Notes: generated by a model from the letters alone, not told the origin. Positions 26,083 through 35,800 are shown, counted from the first letter of the stretch. The stretch: DNA of 39,143 bases from Candidatus Halarchaeoplasma halalkaliphilum (GCA_007133925.1 SLLU01000095.1:1-39143); one strand, 5' to 3'. Numbers and translations are program-made.

Positions 26083-26529
26083 TTGAAGAAGATATACACT
26101 ATCGGATACGAAGGCAAGACACAGGAGGAATTTTTAAAGATTCTTTCCGAAAAGGGGATAAGACATCTTGCTGATGTTAGAACCTCTCCCAGCTCTAAAA
26201 GAAGTGAGTTCAGCGGAGATAACCTGAAAAAATATTTATTCACTAAGGGGATATTTTACAAGCACATGCCAGACCTGGGTGGACTTGAAACAGAGGATTA
26301 TTCCGAAACCATAAACAGTATTTCCTGGAAAAATGCATTCCAGGAGCTCGAAGTATTCGCCGATGAAGCCCCTACAGTCATGATGTGCATGGAAAAGGAA
26401 CCATCCCGATGCCATAGGCGATTCATATCTAATGAGCTGGAAAAGAACGGTTGGGACGTCATACATCTAGGCAGAGGCGGTAGTTGGAGAGAACGGACAC
26501 TGGACGATTTCACGGATTCAGCGGAATGA
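26083..26529 (+). CDS. DUF488-family protein
   Basis: The gene uses a TTG start. The N-terminus KKIYTIGYEGKTQEEFLKILSEKGIRHLADVRTSPSSKR, then ...YKHMPDLGG... and ...MCMEKEPSRCHRRFI, match the DUF488 (PF04343) conserved blocks as I recall them. The last 12 nt overlap the convergent 26518-27021 gene. Confidence 0.65.
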   Translation: MKKIYTIGYEGKTQEEFLKILSEKGIRHLADVRTSPSSKRSEFSGDNLKKYLFTKGIFYKHMPDLGGLETEDYSETINSISWKNAFQELEVFADEAPTVMMCMEKEPSRCHRRFISNELEKNGWDVIHLGRGGSWRERTLDDFTDSAE

Positions 26530-27021
26530 ACCTGGATCCACGTAGGTTGTGGATGGAGTTATGACCACCACGGCCCCCTCAGCCACAGTTATCTTGGTGA
26601 GGGCTAATTCATATTTGTTTCCACCACGCATGGTGAAGGTATTATTGCTTATTGATGTCATGCTCAGATCTTCCATGAATATGTGTGAGTCGTGTTTCCA
26701 CCATCCCATCTTGTACGTGATCGTAAGGCTTTGGTCTCCCACCGAGTCCCCGAATCGGACGTAGTCTACACTGGCCATTTGTCCCCCTCTGGTGTCGAAT
26801 TCCACTATGACCCTGGAAAGATCTCCCTGGTTCGAGACCCTTTTTGCCTCGAATAGAATACTTTGAATACTCTCTTCTATCCTCCGTTCCAATCGAATTC
26901 TTGAAATATCTCTGTACCCGTAAGCTGCGGTGGGTATGAGCATACCTAGTAGTGCGAACATCAAAAGCAATTTGAACGGCATCTCCATGATCCCCTTGCG
27001 GTCATTTCGTATACTCCTCAT
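26518..27021 (-). CDS. Small secreted/membrane protein with class-III-signal-like (type IV pilin-like) N-terminus, paralog B
   Basis: 167 aa. The N-terminus is MRSIRNDRKG-IMEMPFKLLLMFALLGMLIPTAAYG: a basic stretch, a Gly, then a hydrophobic helix. It is a paralog of the upstream 154-aa protein (shared V[DE]YVR.G...I.YKM). Its ATG overlaps the upstream stop (TAATG). Confidence 0.55.
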   Translation of the reverse strand: MRSIRNDRKGIMEMPFKLLLMFALLGMLIPTAAYGYRDISRIRLERRIEESIQSILFEAKRVSNQGDLSRVIVEFDTRGGQMASVDYVRFGDSVGDQSLTITYKMGWWKHDSHIFMEDLSMTSISNNTFTMRGGNKYELALTKITVAEGAVVVITPSTTYVDPGSFR

Positions 27022-27485
27022 TAGACATCACCGATCCTGACTTCGATCAAATCTTTCATGGTATCCGATCGACTGAGCAGTATTACAGTTCCGTCCATAG
27101 GCAAGTCTATCTCAAAAAAACCTCCACCGGTCACGTTTGAAACCTTCAAACCCAATGGGTAGTAATTTTCATGGGAACCTCTCATCTTGTACCTTATATG
27201 CCATGGGTTCTCCCCTCCGCAGCGTACGTATTCCACTTCCGACAAAGCGGATATGGACAGTTTCACAGCCCTGATGTTCCCCTCCTCCAATCTATTCACT
27301 TCATGGGCCGCTCTTTTGAATTTCCCCAATTCGTCAAGGAGGATATCTTCCATACTCTGTCCCTTGTATCTAACGGACATCAAGTAAACCGAAGGGATGA
27401 CCATGGCCATTACCAGTGCCACAGCTATCAATTCAAGGGGTAACCCTATTATCTCACCCCTTTTATCCCTTCTAAGATATCTCAT
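27021..27485 (-). CDS. Small secreted/membrane protein with class-III-signal-like (type IV pilin-like) N-terminus, paralog A
   Basis: 154 aa. The N-terminus is MRYLRRDKRG-EIIGLPLELIAVALVMAMVIPSVYL. The remainder looks like a beta-rich globular domain. I recognise no family. Confidence 0.55.
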   Translation of the reverse strand: MRYLRRDKRGEIIGLPLELIAVALVMAMVIPSVYLMSVRYKGQSMEDILLDELGKFKRAAHEVNRLEEGNIRAVKLSISALSEVEYVRCGGENPWHIRYKMRGSHENYYPLGLKVSNVTGGGFFEIDLPMDGTVILLSRSDTMKDLIEVRIGDV

Positions 27486-27532
27486 ATCATGTCTAGATTT
27501 ACACCCTATTATAACATTTTCCGTCTTCCGGA

Positions 27533-28819
27533 TTACCTTTCTCTGAAGAGATAGGATGTTTCGAAATCCTCTTCGTAACCGGGAAGATTCTTTTTGGATT
27601 TTCTGGTTTTAATCGGATATACGATCACGACTGCCACGGACGAGATCAAAACTGCCAGTGTTATCGGCGAGGAGAATATCAATCCATGGAGCCAGTTCCT
27701 TGCGCTTATATCAATGTTGGAGTACATATTATCCATCTGAATCACTTCGGATGCATGGACCACTTCACCATAGTTATCGTTCCTTTCTTCTACCGAATCG
27801 AATGGGGTAACGTAAAACTGATCCAACAGGCAATCCCCATCCAAAGAAAAAGTTCTGGTCTCATCCGATACATGGCTGTTCATTGTTACATAAGTCGTTG
27901 TAAATTCGTGTAAACTAAGGTTACTTCCATCTATTGATGCAGGCTTTGATAGGTCTTCCATGGATATATCGATCTCTATTGCTTTAGAGTTGTTCCCTAA
28001 TTGTTCGTGATTGCTTTCGTATCCCACATATATCATAAACCGGTTCACACTAACACGAACATCCTCTAGATGATATTTTAGATTATTAACGGAGAAATCG
28101 ATCTTGTCACCGATTCTTGACTCCTCGATGGCGTTTGTGGTACCTATGTATGGTTCAGAACCGTCCCATATATGGTGAGCTGTCATGGGTGAACCGAGGG
28201 ACCTACCATCCAAGAATATATCACCACTCACATGACTGGTGGTTTTCATCTCCAATTCCATCATTACCCTTACGCTAAAATCCATGTAGTAATCCCTTTC
28301 TCCCATGGTATAATCATGGGTCCATTCTCCCAGTAAGATCTCCTCTGTTTGGGCGACCTGTATCTTATCTTCTCCCATGGTCACATCGAATTCCAGCAGG
28401 GTGGTTTTTGGTATGGAATAACTACCCTGGTAATTGTTATCATTACCGTCTATCCACATATCACACACAAGGTTTCCATCCATGGAGAACCAAAGCAAAC
28501 CATCTTTTCCTTGGGCATCGACCAACACGAAAAAATCTTCTCCGGGGTGGACCTGTTCCGGAACGGTATAAGATACTTCCACGGGTAGTTCCACACCCGC
28601 ACTGATACCTATGTCCCCCTCTATAGCCATGATAGGTGAAGTGGAGGAAAAGTCCATATGAACGCTACCGGAATGTTCGAAATTAATGGATTGGGATCCT
28701 AGTTTGATATTATCATCTTCCGCCCTGCTGTTGAATGGTATGTTTATCACTGTTAAACAGAGTAAAAGCATCACAAAGACTACAACCAAACGCTTATTCA
28801 AATGGTTTTTCCAAAGCAT
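27533..28819 (-). CDS. Membrane-anchored extracellular protein of unknown function (N-terminal signal/anchor and C-terminal TM)
   Basis: About 428 aa. The N-terminus is MLWKNHLNKRLVVVFVMLLLCLTVINIPFNSRAEDD. A roughly 350-aa acidic ectodomain follows. The C-terminus is GLIFSSPITLAVLISSVAVVIVYPIKTRKSKKN plus a short tail. Start chosen at ATG 28819; the ORF extends to GTG 28828. I recognise no family. Confidence 0.55.
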   Translation of the reverse strand: MLWKNHLNKRLVVVFVMLLLCLTVINIPFNSRAEDDNIKLGSQSINFEHSGSVHMDFSSTSPIMAIEGDIGISAGVELPVEVSYTVPEQVHPGEDFFVLVDAQGKDGLLWFSMDGNLVCDMWIDGNDNNYQGSYSIPKTTLLEFDVTMGEDKIQVAQTEEILLGEWTHDYTMGERDYYMDFSVRVMMELEMKTTSHVSGDIFLDGRSLGSPMTAHHIWDGSEPYIGTTNAIEESRIGDKIDFSVNNLKYHLEDVRVSVNRFMIYVGYESNHEQLGNNSKAIEIDISMEDLSKPASIDGSNLSLHEFTTTYVTMNSHVSDETRTFSLDGDCLLDQFYVTPFDSVEERNDNYGEVVHASEVIQMDNMYSNIDISARNWLHGLIFSSPITLAVLISSVAVVIVYPIKTRKSKKNLPGYEEDFETSYLFRER

Positions 28820-28911
28820 GTCTATCACGTCTTACTATAATCAAAACTTCCCAACGAGTATTTAACTATATCTGTAACATGTTGGTGATATCCATGCATT
28901 TTCGATAGAAC

Positions 28912-29343
28912 TCAATGGAAGGAACAATTATCCTTGTCACACGATGGAATATCCCTCCCATGGGGGCATTTGTTAGGCGCACCGAGACGACGACACATCT
29001 CATCAATCATCTCTTTGCTGAATATATGCTCCATCTTGCATGCCTTCTCATGCATCTCGTCTTTATCCAAGGAAAAATATTCCTCAAGAAAAACCTCCAG
29101 GACCCGGTGTTTCCTCACCACGTTCATACCCATTTCAAGACCCTTTTCTGTAAGTGTAATCCCGTAATAGGGTTCGTAATTGATGAGCGCCTCTTGTTCA
29201 AGGGTAGGAAGGACCTCCGTGACCGACGGGGGTGAGATCCCCATCTTGGCAGCGATCTCTCCAGTTTTCACTTTTTTTTCCTGGGAACCGTCAGCCAGTT
29301 TGTAGATGGCCTCCATGTATTCTTCCATGGTTTCAAGGTTCAT
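28912..29343 (-). CDS. DtxR/MntR-family metal-dependent transcriptional repressor
   Basis: 143 aa. MEEYMEAIYKL...VKTGEIAAKMGISPPSVTEVLPTLEQEALINYEPYYGITLTEKGLEMGMNVVRKHRVLEVFL gives the winged HTH and dimerisation helix of the family. There is no SH3-like third domain. The C-terminus is Cys/His-rich (CPHGRDIPSCDKDNCSFH). Confidence 0.82.
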   Translation of the reverse strand: MNLETMEEYMEAIYKLADGSQEKKVKTGEIAAKMGISPPSVTEVLPTLEQEALINYEPYYGITLTEKGLEMGMNVVRKHRVLEVFLEEYFSLDKDEMHEKACKMEHIFSKEMIDEMCRRLGAPNKCPHGRDIPSCDKDNCSFH

Positions 29344-29434
29344 GTGTCATCAACATTACTGATATTATAAAACGTTTTGCCACACCTAAAAATCCAGGGT
29401 GTATTCTTATATACCTGAAGTCCTTCGGATAACG

Positions 29435-30235
29435 ATGAAGATGTTTGAAAATATCCCCAAAGAACTAACAAATGTGGTTGTCACCGGAAAGAGCGGTGCA
29501 GGTAAACAACCTAGGATAGACGTGCTGGTAAGCGAATTTCAACTGGAGCAATTATCCACCGGAAACATATTCCGTACCTATCTGGGCAAGTTCAATGAGT
29601 TCGGGTACGATGATGATCTGGGTATATTCTGGGATGAAGAAGAGGACAGTTTCGTATCTGACGATGAGATATCCAAAATACTCGAGACTACCGATCCTGA
29701 TATCATACTGGGCATGAAAGCTAAGTACTTTGTTGACAGGGGTCTTTTTGTACCGGATTACATAACAAACGAACTTTTCAAAGGGTTTTTTTCCCAAAGA
29801 AATTTCAGAGGACAGGTGTTGGATGGTTACCCCAGAACCCTATCTCAGGCGAAATTTCTACTTGAATTACTGGAAGAGAACAAATCCGACATTGATTTTA
29901 TCCTGTGGGTTGAAAACGAGGACAATATGATTATAGAAAGAACCATCAACCGAAGGATATGCCCCGAATGCGGCAAGGTATATCATTTGATCTACGCACC
30001 CCCTAACGACGGTAAATGCAAAGTATGTGATACCGAAGTGATCCAGCGTTCCGACGACACTGAGGAGAAAATACGCTCTCGGTTGAAGGAATTCAGTGAA
30101 AAAGTTATTCCAGCTATGGAATTCATGGAAGAACAGGGTGTGAGCATAGCAAAAGTCCCAGGTCACTTGGAGGAATTTACACCAGAAAACGTTAGAAAAA
30201 GTGTGCTTGGTGCGATCAACGAAATTTACAAGTAG
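29435..30235 (+). CDS. Adenylate-kinase-fold protein (long, Zn-lid type), divergent paralog
   Basis: Blocks align to bacterial-type Adk. VVVTGKSGAGKQPRIDVLVSEFQLEQLSTGNIFR aligns to GAPGAGKGTQA...ISTGDMLR. VLDGYPRTLSQAKFL aligns to LLDGFPRT. RRICPECGKVYHLIYAPPNDGKCKVCDTEVIQRSDDTEEKIRSRLKEF is a Cys4 LID. An acidic insertion and an altered P-loop are described in findings. ATG 29435 was preferred over the ORF start at 29399. Confidence 0.65.
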   Translation: MKMFENIPKELTNVVVTGKSGAGKQPRIDVLVSEFQLEQLSTGNIFRTYLGKFNEFGYDDDLGIFWDEEEDSFVSDDEISKILETTDPDIILGMKAKYFVDRGLFVPDYITNELFKGFFSQRNFRGQVLDGYPRTLSQAKFLLELLEENKSDIDFILWVENEDNMIIERTINRRICPECGKVYHLIYAPPNDGKCKVCDTEVIQRSDDTEEKIRSRLKEFSEKVIPAMEFMEEQGVSIAKVPGHLEEFTPENVRKSVLGAINEIYK

Positions 30236-30397
30236 ATCATCCACTCCATAGGAGCAACCAAAAACAGACGAGTTCCCTGTATAAGTCACTTAGACCTATC
30301 TACCTTAGTTTCCACACTCAGTCTTTATGGACCAGTACTACAAAGGAGTTTGGAATTCTAGCGACAATTATAAATGTGTAATGGTAATCCTATCTCT

Positions 30398-31705
30398 ATG
30401 GCCTCTAAGGATTCTCACAACAATAAACCGCTAATCGGTTTTTTACCGTGTTTCTACAGTATAGGTGAAACCATACCTGTGGTAAAGATGGCACAGGAGT
30501 ACATAAAGATGGGGGGCTCTGCCATATTCTTCAGTCATGGTGGAAAATACGAATATCTGGCGGAGGAATTGGGTTGTGACATCATCCGGCTCAACAATAT
30601 TTGGGACGGTTCCAAGGACAGCGAAGAGGAGTTCTTCAAAAGAGGAGGAAAGCTACATGAGTTGGTCAACACACTTTACACCCCTGATAACATAGATGCA
30701 TGTGCAACTGATGAGATAGACGCCTTTCGCAAAACGGGAATACGTATGATAGTCTGCTCTTTCAACCTAAGCGCGAGTATATCCGCTCCGGTGGTTGGTA
30801 TACCGGTGGTGGCGGTGGTTTCGGGTGTTGCTACTCCCCCTTATTATGAGAGATGGGCTACGTTTCCAGATACCTTCGACAATCTGTTCTTTAGGATCTT
30901 CCCGTCATCGTTGAAAGACAGGTTCGCTAAGTGGTTTTTAGTGCGTACTAAGCTGGGTGTCAGGGCATTCAACAAAGTTGCAACAAAGTACGGTGTGGAG
31001 AAGTTCAAGACATATAATGATATTTACTGTGGTGATCATACCCTTGTGGGTGACGATATGGACTATCTGCAAGTGGCACCTTCCGAGCAGATACCAAAAG
31101 AAAATTTCATCGGCCCCATCATATACGGGGAGCCTTACAAGTTCAACCCGGATAGGGTCGATAAGGATATTCTCGAACACATAAAGCGTCCAGGAAGAAC
31201 CATAGTGATCGCCATGGGAAGCACCGGCGATAAGAAGATGTTTCTGGACATAGTAAATGCCATGAACGGAACCAGATACAATGTTATCATAGTTTATAGT
31301 AATGTCCTCAAGGAGAACGAACTACCCAAGGTTAATGAAAACATATTGTTCAAAAATTTTATCGCATTGACCGACGTGACCAAAATGACCGATCTTGCCA
31401 TCACCCACGGTGGTCGCGGGACCACCTACACCGTGGCATATTCAGGGAAACCTGCGGTTTGCATTCCCATGTTCTTCGAACATCAATACAACATCCAGAT
31501 CCTGCAAAGGTACGGCTCTGCAATAATGTTGTCCAAAACACGTTTCTCCACGAAAAAAATGCTCATGAGCATAGAAAACATATTCCAGAACTATGAAACA
31601 TATCTGAATAACGCAAAGAAGGTTGAGAAAAAACTGCCTAAATACGGGTGCGAAAAAAACGGTGCTGAGAGGCTGGTCGAACTCGTTCAGGAACCCAAGA
31701 GATAG
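30398..31705 (+). CDS. GT-B glycosyltransferase, GT1/UDP-glycosyltransferase (MGT-like) family
   Basis: The C-terminal nucleotide-sugar motif is LAITHGGRGTTYTVAYSGKPAVCIPMFFEHQYN (compare H-G-G-x-x-T...G-x-P...P-x-x-x-[DE]-Q-x-x-N). The N-terminal half starts IGFLPCFYSIGETIPVVKMAQEY. ATG 30398 is about 25 nt downstream of the TATA box ACAATTATAAATG, suggesting a leaderless transcript. The ORF opens at 30374, inside the TATA box. Confidence 0.72.
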   Translation: MASKDSHNNKPLIGFLPCFYSIGETIPVVKMAQEYIKMGGSAIFFSHGGKYEYLAEELGCDIIRLNNIWDGSKDSEEEFFKRGGKLHELVNTLYTPDNIDACATDEIDAFRKTGIRMIVCSFNLSASISAPVVGIPVVAVVSGVATPPYYERWATFPDTFDNLFFRIFPSSLKDRFAKWFLVRTKLGVRAFNKVATKYGVEKFKTYNDIYCGDHTLVGDDMDYLQVAPSEQIPKENFIGPIIYGEPYKFNPDRVDKDILEHIKRPGRTIVIAMGSTGDKKMFLDIVNAMNGTRYNVIIVYSNVLKENELPKVNENILFKNFIALTDVTKMTDLAITHGGRGTTYTVAYSGKPAVCIPMFFEHQYNIQILQRYGSAIMLSKTRFSTKKMLMSIENIFQNYETYLNNAKKVEKKLPKYGCEKNGAERLVELVQEPKR

Positions 31706-31715
31706 CTCTCATATC

Positions 31716-32681
31716 TCATTTGTATCCGAAGAATTTCGAATAGTGGGCCATCTTTTTTTCTATATACTTCTGCATCTTTTTCACAGCCGGTTCCCTGGGC
31801 GTTTCTCTGGGGCTGATGTAAGTAGTGAAGTCTATGTATTCGTCCGGCTCGGTATCCAGAAATTCCAGTATCCCTTCGATCACTCCCTGGGGATCTTCAC
31901 AAAGCTCCTCGTATTTTACGCACATGTAATCCTCTTTGGGAACTGTTTTTATCTGCTCGATGAACCGGGTGGTCAGTTTGCTCCATATCCGGGTCACTGA
32001 GTATAATGGCAAAGTGGGGAAACGTCTGTAAAGGAAACGTATCAACCAAAGTCTGAACGGGTTGGAGTATAGGTTCTGGTAGTGTTTATTTATAAACAGG
32101 GAGTAGGGCTGCTTGTTGACCATGAGGTAACGTATGGCCCTGTGGGTGGAATCCAGTATCTCGATGGGCTCCCGGGAAATGAAGACAAATTTAGAATTCG
32201 GTATCTGTTCCTTTATATATCCCACACTTTGAAAATCAAAGGGATTCTTTAACAATAAAGGTTTGTTCTCTTTGGATATGTATTGAACCTTTTTTGCCAT
32301 CTCCTTGAACTTGTGTACATTTTTTGGCTTGATGTAAAAATTTTGTACTCTGTCGCCCAGGACAAATCCATATTCTTCGGGAAAGTCCGCAGTGATGCTC
32401 AAACGATCTATGCCCCTGTCCGTCAAGCCAACTTCCATGAATTCATGGTTCAGACCATCCTTTGCTTTGTTTTCAAGGCCCTTTATGTGATTGGACAGTA
32501 TCTCATCGTATCTGATTATATGGTAAGCCGTGACCGCGTTGAAGCATCCTGTTTCGTAAAGGATCTTGTAGAGTATGCTTGTTCCCGATCTGGGTAATCC
32601 CAGTATGAAGATAGGTTCGTACTTAACATTTTCAATTTTTTTCAGATACTTCTGATCCGGCTTCGTCTCTTCCTTCATCAT
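31716..32681 (-). CDS. Sulfotransferase-family protein (PAPS-dependent)
   Basis: The 5'-PSB loop is IFILGLPRSGTSILYKIL (P-R-S-G-T-[ST]). A 3'-PB-like block FVFISREPIEILDSTHR is also present. Length is about 320 aa. Start chosen at ATG 32681; the ORF extends to TTG 32699. Confidence 0.7.
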   Translation of the reverse strand: MMKEETKPDQKYLKKIENVKYEPIFILGLPRSGTSILYKILYETGCFNAVTAYHIIRYDEILSNHIKGLENKAKDGLNHEFMEVGLTDRGIDRLSITADFPEEYGFVLGDRVQNFYIKPKNVHKFKEMAKKVQYISKENKPLLLKNPFDFQSVGYIKEQIPNSKFVFISREPIEILDSTHRAIRYLMVNKQPYSLFINKHYQNLYSNPFRLWLIRFLYRRFPTLPLYSVTRIWSKLTTRFIEQIKTVPKEDYMCVKYEELCEDPQGVIEGILEFLDTEPDEYIDFTTYISPRETPREPAVKKMQKYIEKKMAHYSKFFGYK

Positions 32682-32814
32682 ACCACCTGTGTGTACCAAA
32701 ATCTTGTTTTCCCCGATAGTTCAATCAATGGTTAGTTCCTCTTGGGTTCTTGAGTAATTCAACTACCGTTATATTAGCTTTACTGGAGTTTTTCATATGT
32801 GTTGGCATTCCCGT

Positions 32815-35800
32815 TCAAAATGACCTTTGGTAGTTTCCATTCACCATATCATCTCTAAGCCGAGTGAGTTTATCTTCGAGTTCGGATTTTTCAGAGGCTA
32901 TTTTCTCGACCCCCTCATCATAGGCTTCCGAACCGATCTCACCGGCATCCAACTTTGCGGATAGCGTTCGTTCCTCATTTTCAAGGGATTCGTAGTTTTC
33001 CCTATATCCGTTGTATTCGGAGTACTTCTCTTTGAGCTCATCCACTGACATCGCATCGGTTTCCATACGATCCCCGTCTTCGAAATCGGCAAGTGATGTC
33101 TTTGGTACATAATCGTCTTTGAAGATAATCCCCGTCATCTTCAAGACCATCAGGACTATGATTACAGACATGATGATGAGTAATATGGACCTCAACGGGA
33201 TCGGAAAGAGAGGTGCTCCTTCAACTTCAACGCTAACGGTGACCCTTGAACCACCAGTAGTCCCATCTTCATCTACAGCATCGATCCTTAGGTCGAATAT
33301 CCTTGAGCCATCCGATTTCCAAACCAGCGAACCATCGTACGACTCTCCGGGACCCAATGTCAACCCTTCGTAGGAATCTACGGTTTCTCCGTCCACCCTG
33401 AGTCGGATAGTTCTTGTTCCGGATAGATCTCCGGTGTTTGTAACCGTGTACTGGACTGTGACCTTTTCACCTTCCTTGACAGTTTCGTCATGACTGGTGA
33501 TGTTTATTTCGAAATATGCAGGGCGTGGTATTATGACCTCGAAACGGGCGGTGATCGTTCTATCTCTGTTCATTCTCACCGTGGTCTCTTCTTTGCTGTC
33601 GACATGACCTCCGGTCCAACCTGCGAATCGCCAACCCTCCTCGGGGGTAGCGGTGAGATCTACTTCCGTCCCAGGTGCATATGTATGAGTGCCCGCTTCA
33701 GGATCAGTGCGCCCTTCACCCTCGATGTTGATGGTGAGTACATGTCCTGCAGTGTCAAAATTCGCCTGGATCCCCATATCCTCTTCTATGATTATGGTGA
33801 TCTGCTCTTCGGTTTCGATGTGATCTCCTGTCCATCCCGTAAATATCATATTTGCAGACGGGCTGGCCACAAGGGTTATCTCGGTACCTTGTCTATACTC
33901 ACTGGTATAAGGCACGGTTATGGTTTCTCCGTCAAGGGTCACGGTACCGTCCCCCTCAACAGTAACTGTTAAGGTAACGAATTCTTGGAATACTGCCTCT
34001 AATGTCTTATCTTCATCCATCACTATCTCGATGATATCTTCTTCAGACTCATCATCCGGATGATCTCCAGTCCATCCTGCAAAATACCAACCGCTGTCAG
34101 GAACCGCCTCGAGTGTGACCGAGGTACCCTGTCTGTATGGTTCCGAGTAGGGTAAGGACTCTTCAACCCCGTCAATGGTGACGAAACCTTCTCCTTCAAC
34201 ACTCACTGTGAGGGTTACATATTCCTCGAAATGTGCTGTGATCTCCTTATCACTGTCCATTGTGATTGTGATCTCGTCTTCGATACCCGTGTAGTCTCCG
34301 GTCCATCCCGCAAAGTACCATCCAGTATCCGGGATCGCCAAAATGGTTACTTCCTCACCATGCCGGTAAGTGTTTTGCCCTTCTGTCGGGGTCGTTGTAC
34401 CTTCACCTTCAACCACGATTGTCAGGGTACGGTACTCCTCGAAATGTGCTGTGATCTCCTTATCACCGTCTATTGTGATTGTGATCTCATCTTCGATACC
34501 CGTGTAGTCTCCGGTCCATCCCGCAAAGTACCAGCCTAATTCCGGTGTTGCCGTTATAGTAACTTCTTCACCATGCTCGTAACTATGGGTTCCTTCCGCC
34601 GGAACTGTACTACCTTCGCCCTCTACAGATATGGTCAGATTATGCATATCTATTGTGGTGAAATTCCATACTTCCGAAGTTGCTTGGTAGGTCCCATCGT
34701 GAGCACTTACATACCATTGATACAGCCTACCATGTTCCAGGCCTTCCCAGACAATATTGGCACGGCTTTCGCTCTCTACACCTTCGTTCGTACCGATCAA
34801 ACTGTCGTCGGATGCATCGTAGAAGTAAACATCCATGCTATTACCACCCTGATGTTCAACGAAGACACTCAATTCTGGGTTTGAACTAATACCGGTGACA
34901 TCATTTGCTGGAGTTGGTTCTGTGGGGACTAGGGGCCCCTCTTCAAAGTGTGCCGTGAGTACTATATCTTCGGTTATCTCTATGACTATATGTGGGTTAT
35001 TTACATCACCATGGGTTATGCTGTCCGTGTCTCCTGACCAATGACTGAAAAACCATCCGGTATCTGGTATGGCCTGTAGATCAACCAATGTACCATAGTC
35101 GTAGGATTCCTCTTCTGGATCTATTATGACCTCCCCGTCACCCATAACATCAACTGTTAGGTCATAGGTGAATATGCTGAAATGTGCGGTGAGAGTCTTG
35201 TTATCATCCATGATTATGGTTATATTGGAATTCTCTTCTTCACCGGGTGGGAAATCACCCGTCCAATGACTGAAAAACCATCCTGTGTCCGGTGTTGCAG
35301 AGACATTAACTACGGCACCTTCTTCGTAGGAATGAGAACCCACGCGGGGTTCCGTACTCCCCTGACCAACCCGTTCTATGGTAAGCAAATAATCCAGCAT
35401 CTCAGCAAAATGGGCGTTTATGTCATAATCCTGTATCATGTTCACATGTATGATTCTGTCCGTACTCTCGTAGTCTCCCGTCCACTCATGGAAGAACCAA
35501 TTGGCATCGGGGACAGCTTCTATTTCAACAACAGTTCCATGGTCAAACACTCCGGTATAGGGGATCTCTATGACATCTCCGTCTACCTTGATAGCACCTT
35601 CACCCTCAGCGATATCCAGGGTTAGGTTGTAAGTATATATCTCGAAGTGGGCGGTGATGTTTTTGTCACTGTCCATTGTGATGGAAATTTCATCCTCTTC
35701 TCCCTCTCCGGGTGGAAAATCTCCGGTCCAATGGCTGAAATACCATCCGGTTTCTGGAATCGCTTGAACTGTGACGGACTCCCCGTGGTTATAAACATGA

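Noticed and set aside
25900-32800. Impression of an AT-rich, horizontally acquired island covering the envelope genes
   Set aside because: Spot counts of single 60-nt lines gave inconsistent values: roughly 33-35% GC in some lines of the trio and sulfotransferase genes, but 45-48% in others. A polC line gave about 47%. Without a proper sliding-window calculation I cannot support a compositional island.
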